A stretch of 63,962 nucleotides of DNA, counting the filler, from Cladosporium halotolerans (lineage: Eukaryota), in assembly GCF_011745625.1 (NCBI RefSeq). It is 8 parts of 8 records of this genome, joined end to end, with 100 filler letters (N's around TTAATTAATTAA, not from the genome) between each part and the next. Parts side by side here need not be neighbours in the genome. Positions count along the whole stretch, not along the records: positions 33,810 to 41,930 come from NW_027191618.1; positions 42,031 to 50,123 come from NW_027191619.1; 6 more parts are not named here. The stretch is one strand, 5' to 3'. The number at the start of each line of letters is the position of its first letter. Position 1 is the first letter of the stretch. This document shows positions 37,770 to 50,223 of this stretch, one piece after another. The notes under the pieces are model-generated. The model saw nothing but the letters and a program-made list of their open reading frames with translations. It searched no databases and was not told where the DNA came from. The translations under genes were made by a program, and so were the position numbers.

Positions 37770-40700
37770 CTCGGAATTGATGCGGGCAGTTTCTCACTTT
37801 GGCAGAGCTGACCAACAAGAGTGGTTACCCGTGTTGATGTTTTGCGGTCTCTCTTGTATGGTGTGTGGGTCGACTAACAAGGTTGACGGGTGCCGGATGA
37901 AGCTATGGAGATGACAAGAAGGTCGTGGATACTGAGTACCTTGAGGGTAGCATATGAAGCTGCTCACGAAGAACGGTAATAGTCAAAGCCATGCTAGCTT
38001 AAAGAGACGTCTCACAATACCGCAAAAGACCTCGGGCGTCCAGCATCAAGATTGCGCAGTCTTGGCATGACGACTCCCGAGGACCAGAGTCACTTGCTCG
38101 ATGGATCAAGGTATCACATGGTAGGCGAGACAGGCGAAGCAAAGCTGGCGGTTGAGGGCAGGCCGATGGCACACAAGGGTTGATGATCGGCGGTCAAGGT
38201 CGAGAGCGTTCCACAGCAGCGCCTTGAGTTCGGCTCGCTCTATAAAGGCGTCTGCAGCTGCATTGACTATACCGCATAGAGCCATCCAGCAACAATGTGG
38301 TTGGCACAGGTACAATGATGCACAAAGGTTACTTCGAGCACGACTCGTCGTGCATTCCGCTGTGCGCGCTTCTTGTGGCGACGCATGAGACATAAGAGGA
38401 ATTTGTGGATCAGCCAAGAGACGTATCAAAACACTTTTTGGACGAGGCGCGGGGCGCGGCCGGGCAAGTGATGGGTAGAAGTATGGACAAGGGTTCTCGC
38501 AGTCTGGATCTCGGCGATACCGACCGTGGTAGCAAAAACAAAAGACAGTACAAGTAGGTCGAGCCTCGTTCCAGCATGCAGTCCTACGGCATTACCATCG
38601 CCTTAACATCCACATCACCGCGAGCCAGCAGATACACTCTTCTTTTACGACACCATCGAACAAGTCATCCCTGTGGGAGGACTATCCTATCTCGTTTTCG
38701 TCGTTTCCTCCCTCAGTGAACACTAAGATCTCAACACCCTTGCTCTCTCTGAGTCTGCGTGGTGCCCTTTTTTTAGCTTCGTACGAAGTCGCCTTCCCCG
38801 CTATTCCCGTGGTCTTGTCATAGACGTAAAATTGTACGGTCTTCTTTGTCCCGTCGTCTTGATTTGGTTGCATCGTACCGACCGCTGCGGTCGTGGAGTT
38901 TTCTGAAGGCTTACACCATACTGACGAGGGTCAGCGAACGCGGGCTCGGTCTAGCATACACCTACAGCATGGGTACAATTCTCGCTGCTTTCTATCGCAG
39001 TTCGTCAGCATTTATAAAATGTGCTTTTGGGAATGGGCACCAACGTCATGAAATCTGATACCAGTATTGATGCATTACAGCCACCTTTACGGTTGCACTT
39101 TTGTTGTTGTCCCGAGTCCAGAAGATGTGGCAGATGGTAGAAATAATGATCGCACCTGTAAGTAGTGCGCTGACTGGGCTTGCACACCACGAGTCTCCCC
39201 AAGATGTCATCAGAAGATGGCGACTTTTCAGTCGACAGCATGGTGGCAAGAACGCGATCCGATCAAATGAGGTGATTGTTCAATATTGCGCACTCCACGA
39301 GGAGAACAGAGGCCGTGCGCGGCCTTATAATACAGCTCGCAGGGTAAGCGTAGTGGCAAAATACGAATGACATGCAAGCCACGCGTGCACGACTTCACTT
39401 AGAGGTTGGGGCTATCCCCCATAGCGTTGACAAACATGGAGTTGCGTCAAGGACATGGTAGAACTATATGACATATGTCTCTGTGATTCCCAAACAAGAA
39501 ATCCATGGCAACGCCTTCTTTTAGGGGGCACTATGTGCTAGAGGATCATTTTTGATAGAGCTCCTGAAACGCCAGATATCAAGCCGATGCCGTCATGGTT
39601 GTAATTGTAAAAGCACCAGAGCCCGTGAATCTGTATCGTTACGCTGAAGCTATTGTGCCGTGCGGAAGACGACAAAGATGCGCACGAGAGAGAACGATGC
39701 TCCGCCAACCACAGCTGGGCGATCAAGTCACATAATACCTTCCTCCAAGGCATAGCCTGTACCTCCACAGATGTAGAGCACTCGCACGGTGGCTAGACAA
39801 CGCATGCCATGGTAGCCGGATATGGACATAGGACAACACACCGGCAAAGGTAACATTCCGCTCGGAAGGTGCGCGAAACCCTTGGTGTGCCTGGTGACAT
39901 TCAAAATCACTGGGAATTCAAGCTTGTTCCTTCATTATTGATGGTTGCCTCGAATGGCGCTATACATTAAGGCAGGCAGACTCACTATAATCGTATGTCA
40001 TTTGTGAACAAAACGCAACTGTCTCGAGCGTTGCGGAAGCGGGGAAGAAACGAGCTGATGACGTCTATCTTGGCAGCCCCACGCGCATTCTGGATCCAGC
40101 CGCATAGCCAGCTGTCACGACCCCTCCTCCCCAGCGTCAGGATCCGAAATCACGCGGACCTTGACCACGATTATCAACAACGTTGGCCGATTTCCAAAAC
40201 AGTAACAGAGCCTCGATTGCCCGTTATCGCACGGGTGTGTATCTCCGAGGACTGACTACGAAAGTAGAAACATTCCAGGTATCCTGCACCACCGATCGGC
40301 AAGGGCGCCTCGCCGGATCATCGAGTTCAACTGCATGATGGTACAACAATCCGCAAAGTACTTGGGCAAGATCGATGCGATCGACGCTGCGCACGCAGAG
40401 TCTGTGCTTGCGAAAGGCGAGAAGGAAAGCCCTGGACGAATACCGTTCGTAAACATTACTGTGACCGAGACGGCCGAAATCAGGGCTGCAAAAGAAAGTG
40501 TTGAACGAGTGAGACAAATCACGGATAGCCCGTGTCGGTAAAGATCACTGACGTTTGCGTAGATCCTGAATGGCCGAGAGATGCGTTGGGGTATTCCATC
40601 TGCGTCGCAAAATTGGAACGCAAATGTTCCCGGGGTTTCGTACGGCCAAGCGCCTGGAATTGTTGTGCTCAGTGAAATGAGCAAACTTCCATGGGGGGAT

Positions 40701-40788
40701 AGCGCAGAAAGAGGTGGAATCTATACTTGGGATCAGGTCATGCACTGGACCTGTGACGCAGGATATTACTTTTTGCTTTTCACTGTAT

Positions 40789-41831
40789 CTACGAAGAGTG
40801 ATTGATCATTTCGGCAGTGTCGAAATACTGAAATGCACGGTTCCACCGGAGCATCTCAAAGTTCTCCAGTTCAACGTTGACCGAGTCGAGAGCGTTTGTG
40901 TTCCAGTCACGCATCTGTGCTTCAGCGCTATTGTTCAACTGGAACTCCTGAGGACCTCCAAGACACTGATTATCGTGTCTCCCGCGTTCGGTGTCTCCCG
41001 TTATTCCCAGTACGGTCAATGGCTGGGCCAAATCGGAGGTGATGTTTGTTTGGTGACAGGGGTTTGGTGGCACTTGCCAAGGGTTTGTTTCTGTGGGCGG
41101 TTCTGGCTGCTGTACTTGTCCTGAACCTGCTCGCCATGGCCCGCCATTAGTGAGCTGACCGGCTATCTCCAAACGTCTTTTTTTCGCAGATGCGCGAGAT
41201 TGGTCCTTTAGCTGTCGCAGACTTCGTGATTGTCCTTCTCTTAAGATTTTTCCCAAATCTGTTTCAGCTGTGATGAAGGTCTCCGTGTCAAATCCAAATT
41301 CCTCGAATCTTTCCAAAGCCATCATGATCGCCTCGCATGCCTTGTCGTCACGTCGGCGCGTATTTTCCAATATTTCGCTTCCCTCAAGCGAAAATTTCGC
41401 CTCTTCAATATGGGCTTTTGAAAGTTTTGTACACAAGCTCGGTAAAGTCAGTGATATGGAGTCGGTCGCGGCAGAGAGCACTTACAAATCCAGACTGAGT
41501 CTATCCATGTAGAGCACAGCGGAAATTCCGAAAGTCGACATCAATCTGACGATTTTTCGTCAAGCTGTAGCTTGCTTCGCCAGAATTGCAGCTTCGACAT
41601 CACTTTTCCCCGCGATCTCTGCGATAGCAGCATTTGAAAGGCTCTTGTGGCCACTATTCTGCACCACTGGTTGCAATAGTTGTATTTGCGCAAATAAAGT
41701 GACCCAGAGGACACGCTGGATGCAAGCGAGGACACCCATGTTGTCATCGCAGTCTTTCGACATCTTTGAAAGCGCATAAATGATGTCGCCATCATGCGAA
41801 GGGACTTGTACGATAGCTCGGTGGTCCCAAA
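40789..41831 (-). CDS. Uncharacterised protein, possibly a transcription-factor C-terminal region, with a TE end at its 5' side
   Basis: 230-aa ORF plus upstream open segments; no family recognised. Confidence 0.35.
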
Positions 41832-41930
41832 CAGGGTGTTCATCAGACAGACACAGACAGACTGTCTGTCTGTCTGATCACGTAATCAGACAAACAGACA
41901 TTGGCAAAGTCATTATATAAGCAGACCAGA
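41832..41930. mobile_element. hAT-like terminus, family B (opposite end)
   Basis: Begins CAGGGTGTTCATCAGACAGAC; the internal sequence differs from 25493-25590, so it is the other end. Confidence 0.8.
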
Positions 41931-42030
41931 NNNNNNNNNNNNNNNNNNNNNNNNNNNNNNNNNNNNNNNNNNNNTTAATTAATTAANNNNNNNNNNNNNN
42001 NNNNNNNNNNNNNNNNNNNNNNNNNNNNNN
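41931..42030. other. Artificial contig linker
   Basis: N44-TTAATTAATTAA-N44. Confidence 0.99.
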
Positions 42031-42607
42031 ACCAGGACAGGCGGTTTGAGAGCAGAGAGAATGCGGTGCCCGTTCCCGAGTACCTCGGCGCGTTTTCAAA
42101 GTCATCCATCAGCATTTGGTGGTAATCCAGATCGAAGCAACCAACGTAGCAGCCGGTATCGCTTCCGGATATTGACTCGACTTTGAGTCCCGCATTCATC
42201 AAAGCCTCATAGGAGCACTCCAAAAGCATTCTCGCCTGGGGATCGATCGCTTTGGCTTCTTCCATCGTAATGCCGAAGAATGGCGCGTCAAAAGCGGAGA
42301 CGTCTTGCTCCAAAAGGTGCGCCCCTTCAGCGGCGACGTTGTCTGGATGTGTGGCCCCCAGCCGATGGAATGCGTCGATATTGAAGCGATCGACTGGAAT
42401 TTTGGAGAGCGCGGCTAACGATTTGCTGCTGTCAGTCACAAGTTGTGCCAGCGGCTGGACCAAGCATCAAGGGAGGTACGCACACTTGCGCTCGGCGAGA
42501 AGATCCCAGAGCTTCGCATCGCTATCTGCACCGCCAGGAAAACGATAAGCAAGGCCAATCACAGCAATATCGTCCGGCCGCCTCTGGGGGCACGCGACTT
42601 TCGCCAT
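42031..42607 (-). CDS. Type I polyketide synthase, start of the KS domain (truncated by the gap)
   Basis: DDIAVIGLAYRFPGGA..LWDLL; FDAPFFGIT..AIDPQARMLLECSYEAL..TGCYVG..LSNRLSW. Confidence 0.93.
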
Positions 42608-44012
42608 GATTCAGTCTGCACCGGCGGGAGAGCAGGCGGGGCACGAAAGACGGTGTGAAAGGGGCGAGAAAGAGAGTACAGTACAGGCGAGCAAAGATGG
42701 AGCTCGCTGTACGTCGACTGGCAGAAAGCGAGTGGTCAATCCAAGGCGTACTTATAGCCCATGACTTGAAAATCTGAGGTGGCGAGCGCTAGGTCCGTTG
42801 GGCAATAGTGTCCCAGCGAATACAGGCACTACTGTTCTGTAAACGGGTGGAAGGGGATGTTGAGGATCTCGTCTGAGGCGATCGCCGCCGGTCGCCGTCG
42901 GTTCCGCCAAGGTTCGTGGTTGGTGACCCGCAGCAGCGGCAATCAGGCCGGTGTCCTCGTTTTCCACCATTGGAGGCCTTTCTTGGTATCAGCCCAACGA
43001 CATCGGCGTAATTGCTGCTTTGATCGATGCTGCCCGTATCGAGTCTTGCTTCCAGGGCTCTTCACACCATCAGCTGCATTTGGCAAGCATGGGCACCCAC
43101 TCTACGACTCATTCGATGACAACCTAATGATGCGGATCTTGACCTATCGAGAAAGCTTCCCTCCTGTCTGTATGCGTGGGTGGTTAAACTAATGTGATCT
43201 GACTTGGCAAGCTGGACGCGCAAGCAGGTGTACTTCGCTTTCTGTCAGGTAGGCATTAAGATATCGTCTACTCTATGCCAGGTGCCGCACGATCGTAGCA
43301 GGGCTATGGTGACGACGCATTTATACGGATGGAACACTACCGATCCTACAGTAATGTTACATTACAGTGCATGTTGCTCGCCGGACCATTACTTCATCTC
43401 AGGCCAGAGTCCTATCTTCACGTGTCGGCGTGAAGAGCAACACAGTCATGCGCCCCAACAATGGCATGACGCGCTCAGATCATCCCCTGCTTCAGATGCT
43501 ACTGTACCATCGAGCACTGTTATCATTCCTCCAGTCAGCTCTGGTCGAGACTTTCGTACTCAAAGTTCCGAACGGTCTGCGCGACGTTCTGTTGCCATCG
43601 TGCTCCTTCCCCGAAATCATCCCCCTGGGAGCTTCTCTCACCAACGTATTGCAACACAGGTGGTACCAGCGCCTACCGCCTCAGACGCTCAGCGTCTGCT
43701 ATCTCTTCCGTGAAAGGGTCGACAAAGTCAACGCTTCTACGATCATGGAAGTCGGCGAGACTGAGCACTTGTAGACGTAGAAATGTTAATGTTTGCGAGC
43801 GTCACCCCTACCTGTACATCCGCTGAATCCCTCGTGAAATCGTAAGCCTACTAGTAGCGAAAAACAGTCCTATGTACGTTGGTACGTAGACAACCACCAC
43901 CAGGCCGACAGTGACGTCGTCCAGGGTGAACTTCTTTTCGACTTTGTCACAGACAGGGTCATCATTTATATCAATCGGAAGCGCAGCTTGAACACAGTGC
44001 GGGCACACCAAC

Positions 44013-45863
44013 GTGATCTCCAACGCCTCGCTGGCGGGAATGTTATCCCCCAGTAAAGATGGCGGAGGTACGCCCGCAGGTGACGTTTCAGGGTCTGAAG
44101 CGTCCGGGGAAAGCTTCCAGCCAATCGGGAGCCTCGCTAACAGAAAGCTGTTCACGCCGGGCTTCAATCGTGAACGATCTCAGAGCCAAGAATACCAGCA
44201 GGTCGCCAGAACGTGCCCGGCAAGTCCCAAAAAGCGGAAGGTAGACTCGAATATCGCTGTGAGCATTGATGAAGATGCGCTATGGCAGGAAATCGAGAAA
44301 GCCGTGGCGAGGGCGTTGCAGGCCTTTGTGGGGCCCGACTTCGCCAAGGGGTCATTTGGAGATGTACAGTCTCTACGAAGCGAGATCAGAGCGATCAGGG
44401 AAAGTGTCGACAGGACGCAAATGCAAATCATGGAGGCCGTGAGTGATACGGTGGCCAAAATGCAAGCGGAAGCGGACCGGCGAGTGGCCAGCATCCTTGA
44501 AAGACTTACGCAGATACCTGACGGCGCACCCACACAGGACAAAGGCAGAGACACCGTCCCGTCTGATGCTGACGAGCGGCCAGATCGTGTTGCGCCGGGC
44601 CCTGTTGCGCAAAACAGACAAAAGCCAGCCCGAGCAACGCAGCGGACCTGGGCTAACGTTGTTGGAACGGGAACGCCAACGGCCGTTGGATGGACCACAG
44701 TCACCAACGGCAAGAGAAAGTTACAGAAACATCCGTTGGAACAGAGGCGTATCCTGTTCGCTAGGAACGTCCAGACTCACACTTGCGACCCACGAGACCT
44801 CATGTTCGAAGTCAACAAAGCCCTTGCGCACGCGAGAGCCCACGTGACGGTGAGATTGATCAAAATGAGATACACGGAAAAAGGCAATTTGACTGGGCTG
44901 TTGAATGAGACCGCTCGCGTGGAAGATTTGCTCGAGTACGCGCCGGCCGTGATGGCCGCTGTGCACAAGCTTGACCCTGAAGTGATGTACATGGGCAAGA
45001 CGGAAAAGTGGCGCAAGCTGCGTGTGCATGGCGTTGCGCTGGACCGCTACATGCGCGATGGTGGACTGGGTTTAGTGAGGGAAGAAATAGAGCTCATGAC
45101 GGGTGAACAGCTCCCGTACGCGCCCCGGTGGATCAAGGAAGACACGCTCAGCGACCGATTCCACAGAGGCACCGTCAAGCGGTCGACGCTGGTCTTGACC
45201 GTGAAAAGCAAGCAGGCCGCAGACGCCATTTTGGCAAAAGGCCTCTCCTTTGGGGGCAGACGGCACGAAGCAGAGAGATTCTGGGAAAGAGGAGAGGGAG
45301 GTATATGCTTGCGCTGTTGTGGGCGAGATCACTTCGGCAAGTGTACAGAACAGTCGAAGTGCTTCGTCTGTGCTGGCGAGCATGAGGGTAGTAAGCACCA
45401 GTGCACTGCACAGGATTGCGGCAAGAAATCAGAACCGTGCGAACACCACCCAGCGAAGTGCGCTAATTGCGGTGGACAGCATGTGGCAGCGTCGCGAAAG
45501 TGCCCCGAGCGGTGGTCAAAGACAGCCAGGCGTGCCAAGGACACTACCGAGTTGCGCAGCAGCCCTCCTATACTGGGGGCCAGCCAGAATCAGTGCCGAA
45601 GAGCGTCCCGAGAAACGTCGTCCAAGGACGACTCGACACCGACCAACCCTGAACGAATCACACCTACCAACCCCGCAGCAACCACTCCTTCTGACATGGG
45701 GAAAGACGCCGCAGAAGATTTGTACAACGACACGTTCCCTGAGTTCTACCAAGAAATGTTCGGGACCAGGACTGCGCGCGGGGCGAACTCATCGCCTATA
45801 CTAGTGCAGAGCTCAAGCGATCCGACCCCAATGTCCGTCGATGATGATAGTGCTTCAACATAA
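44013..45863 (+). CDS. LINE ORF1 (gag-like nucleic-acid-binding protein with Zn knuckles)
   Basis: Coiled coil, TWANV, CLRCCGRDHFGKC, CFVCAGEH, CANCGGQH..CP; first ATG at 44040. Confidence 0.9.
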   Translation: MISNASLAGMLSPSKDGGGTPAGDVSGSEASGESFQPIGSLANRKLFTPGFNRERSQSQEYQQVARTCPASPKKRKVDSNIAVSIDEDALWQEIEKAVARALQAFVGPDFAKGSFGDVQSLRSEIRAIRESVDRTQMQIMEAVSDTVAKMQAEADRRVASILERLTQIPDGAPTQDKGRDTVPSDADERPDRVAPGPVAQNRQKPARATQRTWANVVGTGTPTAVGWTTVTNGKRKLQKHPLEQRRILFARNVQTHTCDPRDLMFEVNKALAHARAHVTVRLIKMRYTEKGNLTGLLNETARVEDLLEYAPAVMAAVHKLDPEVMYMGKTEKWRKLRVHGVALDRYMRDGGLGLVREEIELMTGEQLPYAPRWIKEDTLSDRFHRGTVKRSTLVLTVKSKQAADAILAKGLSFGGRRHEAERFWERGEGGICLRCCGRDHFGKCTEQSKCFVCAGEHEGSKHQCTAQDCGKKSEPCEHHPAKCANCGGQHVAASRKCPERWSKTARRAKDTTELRSSPPILGASQNQCRRASRETSSKDDSTPTNPERITPTNPAATTPSDMGKDAAEDLYNDTFPEFYQEMFGTRTARGANSSPILVQSSSDPTPMSVDDDSAST

Positions 45864-48800
45864 TTGCAACGGCACGGCAGTGTCAACCGTTGCTGCCTTG
45901 GAAGCAGCCATCGAGCGAGGCGCCGAGGTGGCATGCTTACAGGAACCGTACGTTGGAAAGAGGCACACGATCAGCCACCCCGGTTTCCAGATACGCTGGC
46001 CAGAATGCGCAAAGCAAGAAACGAGGGTGGCGTTGGCGCTTCGCAACGACGCGCTGGATCGCTACGTGTTCGAAGAGAGGACGGATCTGGTCGAAAGCCC
46101 GTATGTGCAGTGCCTGGATGTTTGGGAGACAGTGCATCGCAAAAAGGTCCGGCGGACAAGAGTGATCAACGTCTACAACAGAGCCAGGGTAGAAGACGGT
46201 GGATACGCGATCGACCACATAGACCTATCGCGACTGATCGTGGGCAGGACCATCCTAGCGGGTGATTTTAACGCGCGCAGTCCTTCGTGGGATCCGTGGG
46301 TTTCAGGTAGACAAAACGCGACAATGGTGGAACGGCTGATCGAGAGGCAGGAACTCATAATCAACAATAACGACCACCAACCTACCAGGCGCGGGAAGAA
46401 CTGCAGATCCATCATCGATCTGACCTTGAGCACCCAATCCCTTGGAGCACTCACGACTTGGGAAATCGAGGAAGGCTTGGCCACGACCTCCGATCACGAG
46501 GTCATTGTGTTCGCGTGGCCGCCACTCCCTGCTGGAATGCCAGAAGGACCAGCAAGAACTGCGCAACATTGGGATATCGACCGGCTTTGTGCAGACGAAC
46601 AAGCTATGAACGAGGCTGGCAAACACTGGCGTTTGCTGAGCGAAGGGAGGCCGATCGTAAACGCTTGGCGAGCGACCGCGGCGGAGCTTGAAGCCGAAGC
46701 ATGCTGGATGCAGAAGGGTCTTAAAGTTGTATTGGATAGCTACGCACCCGGAAGACAGCCGCACGCACGCTCGAAGCGGTGGTGGTCAAGCGAGATCAAG
46801 CTTGAGAGGACGCGCTTTGGGCGATCGAGGCGCGATTACAACGATGGGCGGATCGGCTTTGACGATTACCGTCAAGCCAGAAACTTCTACTATCGCTATA
46901 TTCGGAGAGCCAAACGCCTGGCTTGGGAACGCTTCCTTGAAGGCGTCTTCCCAACCGACGAAGAGTCCCAACTCGCACCTGACCCTGAGCGATGCTGGAG
47001 AGCACTCCGATACACTAAAGCTCAAGTGCCATCTTACACACCGGCGATCAACATCAGTGGTTCGCAGGGCCAGCCTGACCGGATAGCGGCGACTGCTGAG
47101 GAGAAGGAGGAGGTTTTCATGGCGCAAGCATTTCCGCCTCAGGCGGAAATTCAGGAAGACATCGAGTTCCCAGACTCCAGCGCAGGTGTCAGTGCGCGTG
47201 AGGTCCGCAAAGCGCTTTTCGCTCAGTCTTTCAAGAAAGCTCCCGGCGTGGACGGCATTGGCTTCAAGGCGCTCAGGCTGCTGTGGGTTGGGGCAGAAGA
47301 CCGCATCGTAGCTCTCGTTAGAGGATGTGTCGAGACGGGATTCCACCCTTGCACGTGGAAGACCGCAAAGGGCATTTTGTTGCGCAAGCCGGGAAAGCCG
47401 ACTTACAAAATTGCGAAAGCGTACCGGGTCATCAGCCTGCTCAGCTGTCTTGGTAAGGTGGTCGAGAAGGCAGTTGCAACGTGGATCGCCTCTTTCTGTG
47501 AGAGAAACGAAGTCTTTCATCGGGGCCAATTCGGATGTCGGCGGGGAAGAAGTGCATCGGACGCCGTGGCACAGCTGGTCACAAAGGTCGAATCTGCGTG
47601 GAGTAAGAAGCATATAGCCCTGGCACTCCTGCTAGACGTCAAGGGGGCGTTCGATCGCGTCAGCAAACCGCAGTTACTGAGGCGGATGATGCAAGCCGGC
47701 ATCGCCGGCAACATCGTGCGCTGGGTCGGTTCATTCCTGTCGGATCGGCAAGCAATGCTGGTCATCGATGGACGGACAGGTCAAACTCGAAGCACCAAGG
47801 CTGGCCTGCCGCAGGGCTCGCCAGTGTCGCCGGTGTTGTTCATCCTCTCCATCAGCGCCATGTTCCAATGGCTCGAAGATAGACATCCGACAGCCCAAGC
47901 CCTCTCGTTTGTTGACGATGTAGGATTGGTGATTGAATGCGACAACCTGGTGGAGGGAACGAATAATCTCGAACGCATTGCCGGGGACGCGCTGCGATGG
48001 GGATCAGAGAACAAGGTCGAGTTCGAAGTCAGCAAGACCGAGGTTTTGCTGTTTAGCAGACGTCGGAAAGTGCTGAACGCAGCCAAGATTGGAACCGTCA
48101 ACATCGGAGATCAAAGTTTCGCCGTCAAGCAGGGAGCGACCAAGTGGCTTGGCTTCTGGCTCGATCTGAAGCTGTCATTCAGGACGCATTTTGAGAACAG
48201 ACTGGCAAGCGCAAAAGGAGCCCTGCAGCGGATGTCGAGCCTTAGCAGAAGCAACGGCGGCTTGCCCGTTAGGCTGATGCGGAGGATAGTGGTGGCTGCA
48301 GTGACCTCTGTGGCACTATATGGAGCGGAGATCTGGTGGAGGGGCCAACGAGATCGAGCGGAGAAGCTGCAACTCTTGTTAAACAAACAAGCTAGAGCCA
48401 TCACCGGCTTGCTGAAGTCGACGCCTCTGCCCTTACTCTAGCAAGACGCTCGTCTACCTTGTGCTAGGGACCTGCTTGACTACCGTCAGACCAGGTACGC
48501 CACACGCGCGCTAAAGGCGAACGGGGACCACCCGACACACCAACTGCTACCTGCCAACTTCCGCTTCGGTGAGATTTACCGACATGAAGGCGCGACAGGC
48601 CAACCATCCAGTACCGGGTGGTCGACGCCTGAGAAGACATATCGATCTTTCGGAAGCAGACTTGCCCAGCAGATCGTCCGGCACGTCAGCTACGACACCG
48701 AGTATGGATTCAACCTGCCTTGCAAGGCAACCTCGCGGGACTCGCGGGGGACGAAACCTGTGACTCGGACACTGAGCTACTCGCAATTGCCAACAAGAAT

Positions 48801-49713
48801 GCTACCTGACAGCCCATAGCAATTAACACTTTTCGTGAGCACGGTCAAGGATTTCAGTTTCGGGGTGGGGGTCGCATGGAGAGAGCGACGGGCATGGAAG
48901 ACCAAGACGTCTTCGCTGGGCAAATACATCACTGCAGCCGATGCCACGCTGTTCGCCATCGACATGGTCATGGGAAGCTTAGTCCAAATGCTCTTGAGAG
49001 CGGATCACTACTCCGCCGAGATTGTGACGGAGTCCCGGCTGGCGCTGGCCGCCTTTGAGAACACTGGAGACTGGACCCTGCCAGTCATCAGAGACATTAG
49101 AGAACACACGTCGAAAGTTGAAGACGCTGGGGGCCGAGTCACTTTGACATGGCTCCCAAATCGCGGCCATTACGAATGCTTTAAGTTTGCCGACGCCGCG
49201 GCGCAACGAGCAGCGAAGCAGCAGCCTAGAGAAGTGCGGTCAGCGTCGCTGTCGTACGTGAAACAAGCCATGAAGGGACTGTGGAAGTCACAGACGAAAC
49301 CCAACAAACACATCGAAGACTCGAGGAAATCAACCGCTGCGCGATACCTACAGCTCAAATCAGGCCATGCCATCACAGGCGTTCACCTGCTGAGAATCGG
49401 CAAAGTCCGAGACGCACGTTGCTGGTGGTACGGCAGTAGCAGGCAGACAGTCGCACACCTCATGCTAGAGTGTCGGAAGTGGCGAAGACAAAGAGACAAG
49501 ATGCTGCGGGTCTTGATCTCCAATAAGATAGTCATAAGCGCGAGGCTAGACCATGCGGACCTGAAGATTCTGTTCCAAGATAATGCTATTGAACAAGTAC
49601 TTCGCTTCATTGAAAGCACAGAAGTGGGAAAGAAGCTGACGGGAGACGCGGACAACCATGATTCATGGGACATCGATCGATTAGATCAGGGGGAGGACGA
49701 TGGGCCGGTGTGA
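45841..49713 (+). pseudogene. LINE ORF2 (APE endonuclease, RT, degenerate RNase H) with two in-frame TAG stops
   Basis: LQEP, GDFNA, SDH; KAPGVDGI, YRVISLL, GLPQGSPVSP, FVDD. The TAGs at 48439 and 48817 lie in the same frame, which continues to 49713. Confidence 0.92.
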
Positions 49714-50123
49714 TGGAAGGAGTAGAGATGAGAAGACGAGAATGACAAGAAAGTAGGAGGGCCAATCGCCCAAAAGCTGTGGCGGCTTGTTGAAGTCGGG
49801 ACAGCGAGCAGGATGGTGAAGGATAACCGGCAACGCGGGAGCATAGGAAGAGCCAGAGAAGTCGTCTAGTAAGTAGCTAGACCTGTCATAAGCTCAATAG
49901 CTTGAATACAGTATGATCCAAAAAAAAAAAAAAAAAAAAGACGTCGTCCAGTACAATGGTGATTGACGCGTTGATGGCGCGGATAAAGGCCAAGATGGTG
50001 CTAGCTGTAGAAGAGGCGTAGATAGGGGGTCCTTGTCGAACCCCCTCGATTCTTGCAGCTGTCGCAGTGTACGCTGGGCCCAACGAGACCAACATCCAAC
50101 AGCCAACACATCATCGTCAAGGA

Positions 50124-50223
50124 NNNNNNNNNNNNNNNNNNNNNNNNNNNNNNNNNNNNNNNNNNNNTTAATTAATTAANNNNNNNNNNNNNNNNNNNNN
50201 NNNNNNNNNNNNNNNNNNNNNNN
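50124..50223. other. Artificial contig linker
   Basis: N44-TTAATTAATTAA-N44. Confidence 0.99.

Larger units (their letters stand above)
43925..49939 (+). mobile_element. Full-length Tad1-clade LINE, ~6.0 kb, with 12-bp TSD GACGTCGTCCAG and an A20 tail
   Basis: TSD at 43913-43924 and 49940-49951; poly-A at 49920-49939; ORF1 and ORF2 present. Confidence 0.95.

Noticed and set aside
40050..40760. Possible oxidoreductase C-terminal relic (WGIPSAS..GYGQAPG-like..LPWG)
   Set aside because: Broken by stops, and I could not assign a family with confidence.
9123..42607. One secondary-metabolite cluster made of avfA-like, NmrA, MFS, TF and PKS genes
   Set aside because: The genes lie on different size-sorted contigs, so linkage across gaps is artificial.
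46786..47613. Long antisense ORFs over the LINE and other genes
   Set aside because: They are shadows of GC-rich coding strands with no recognisable motifs.
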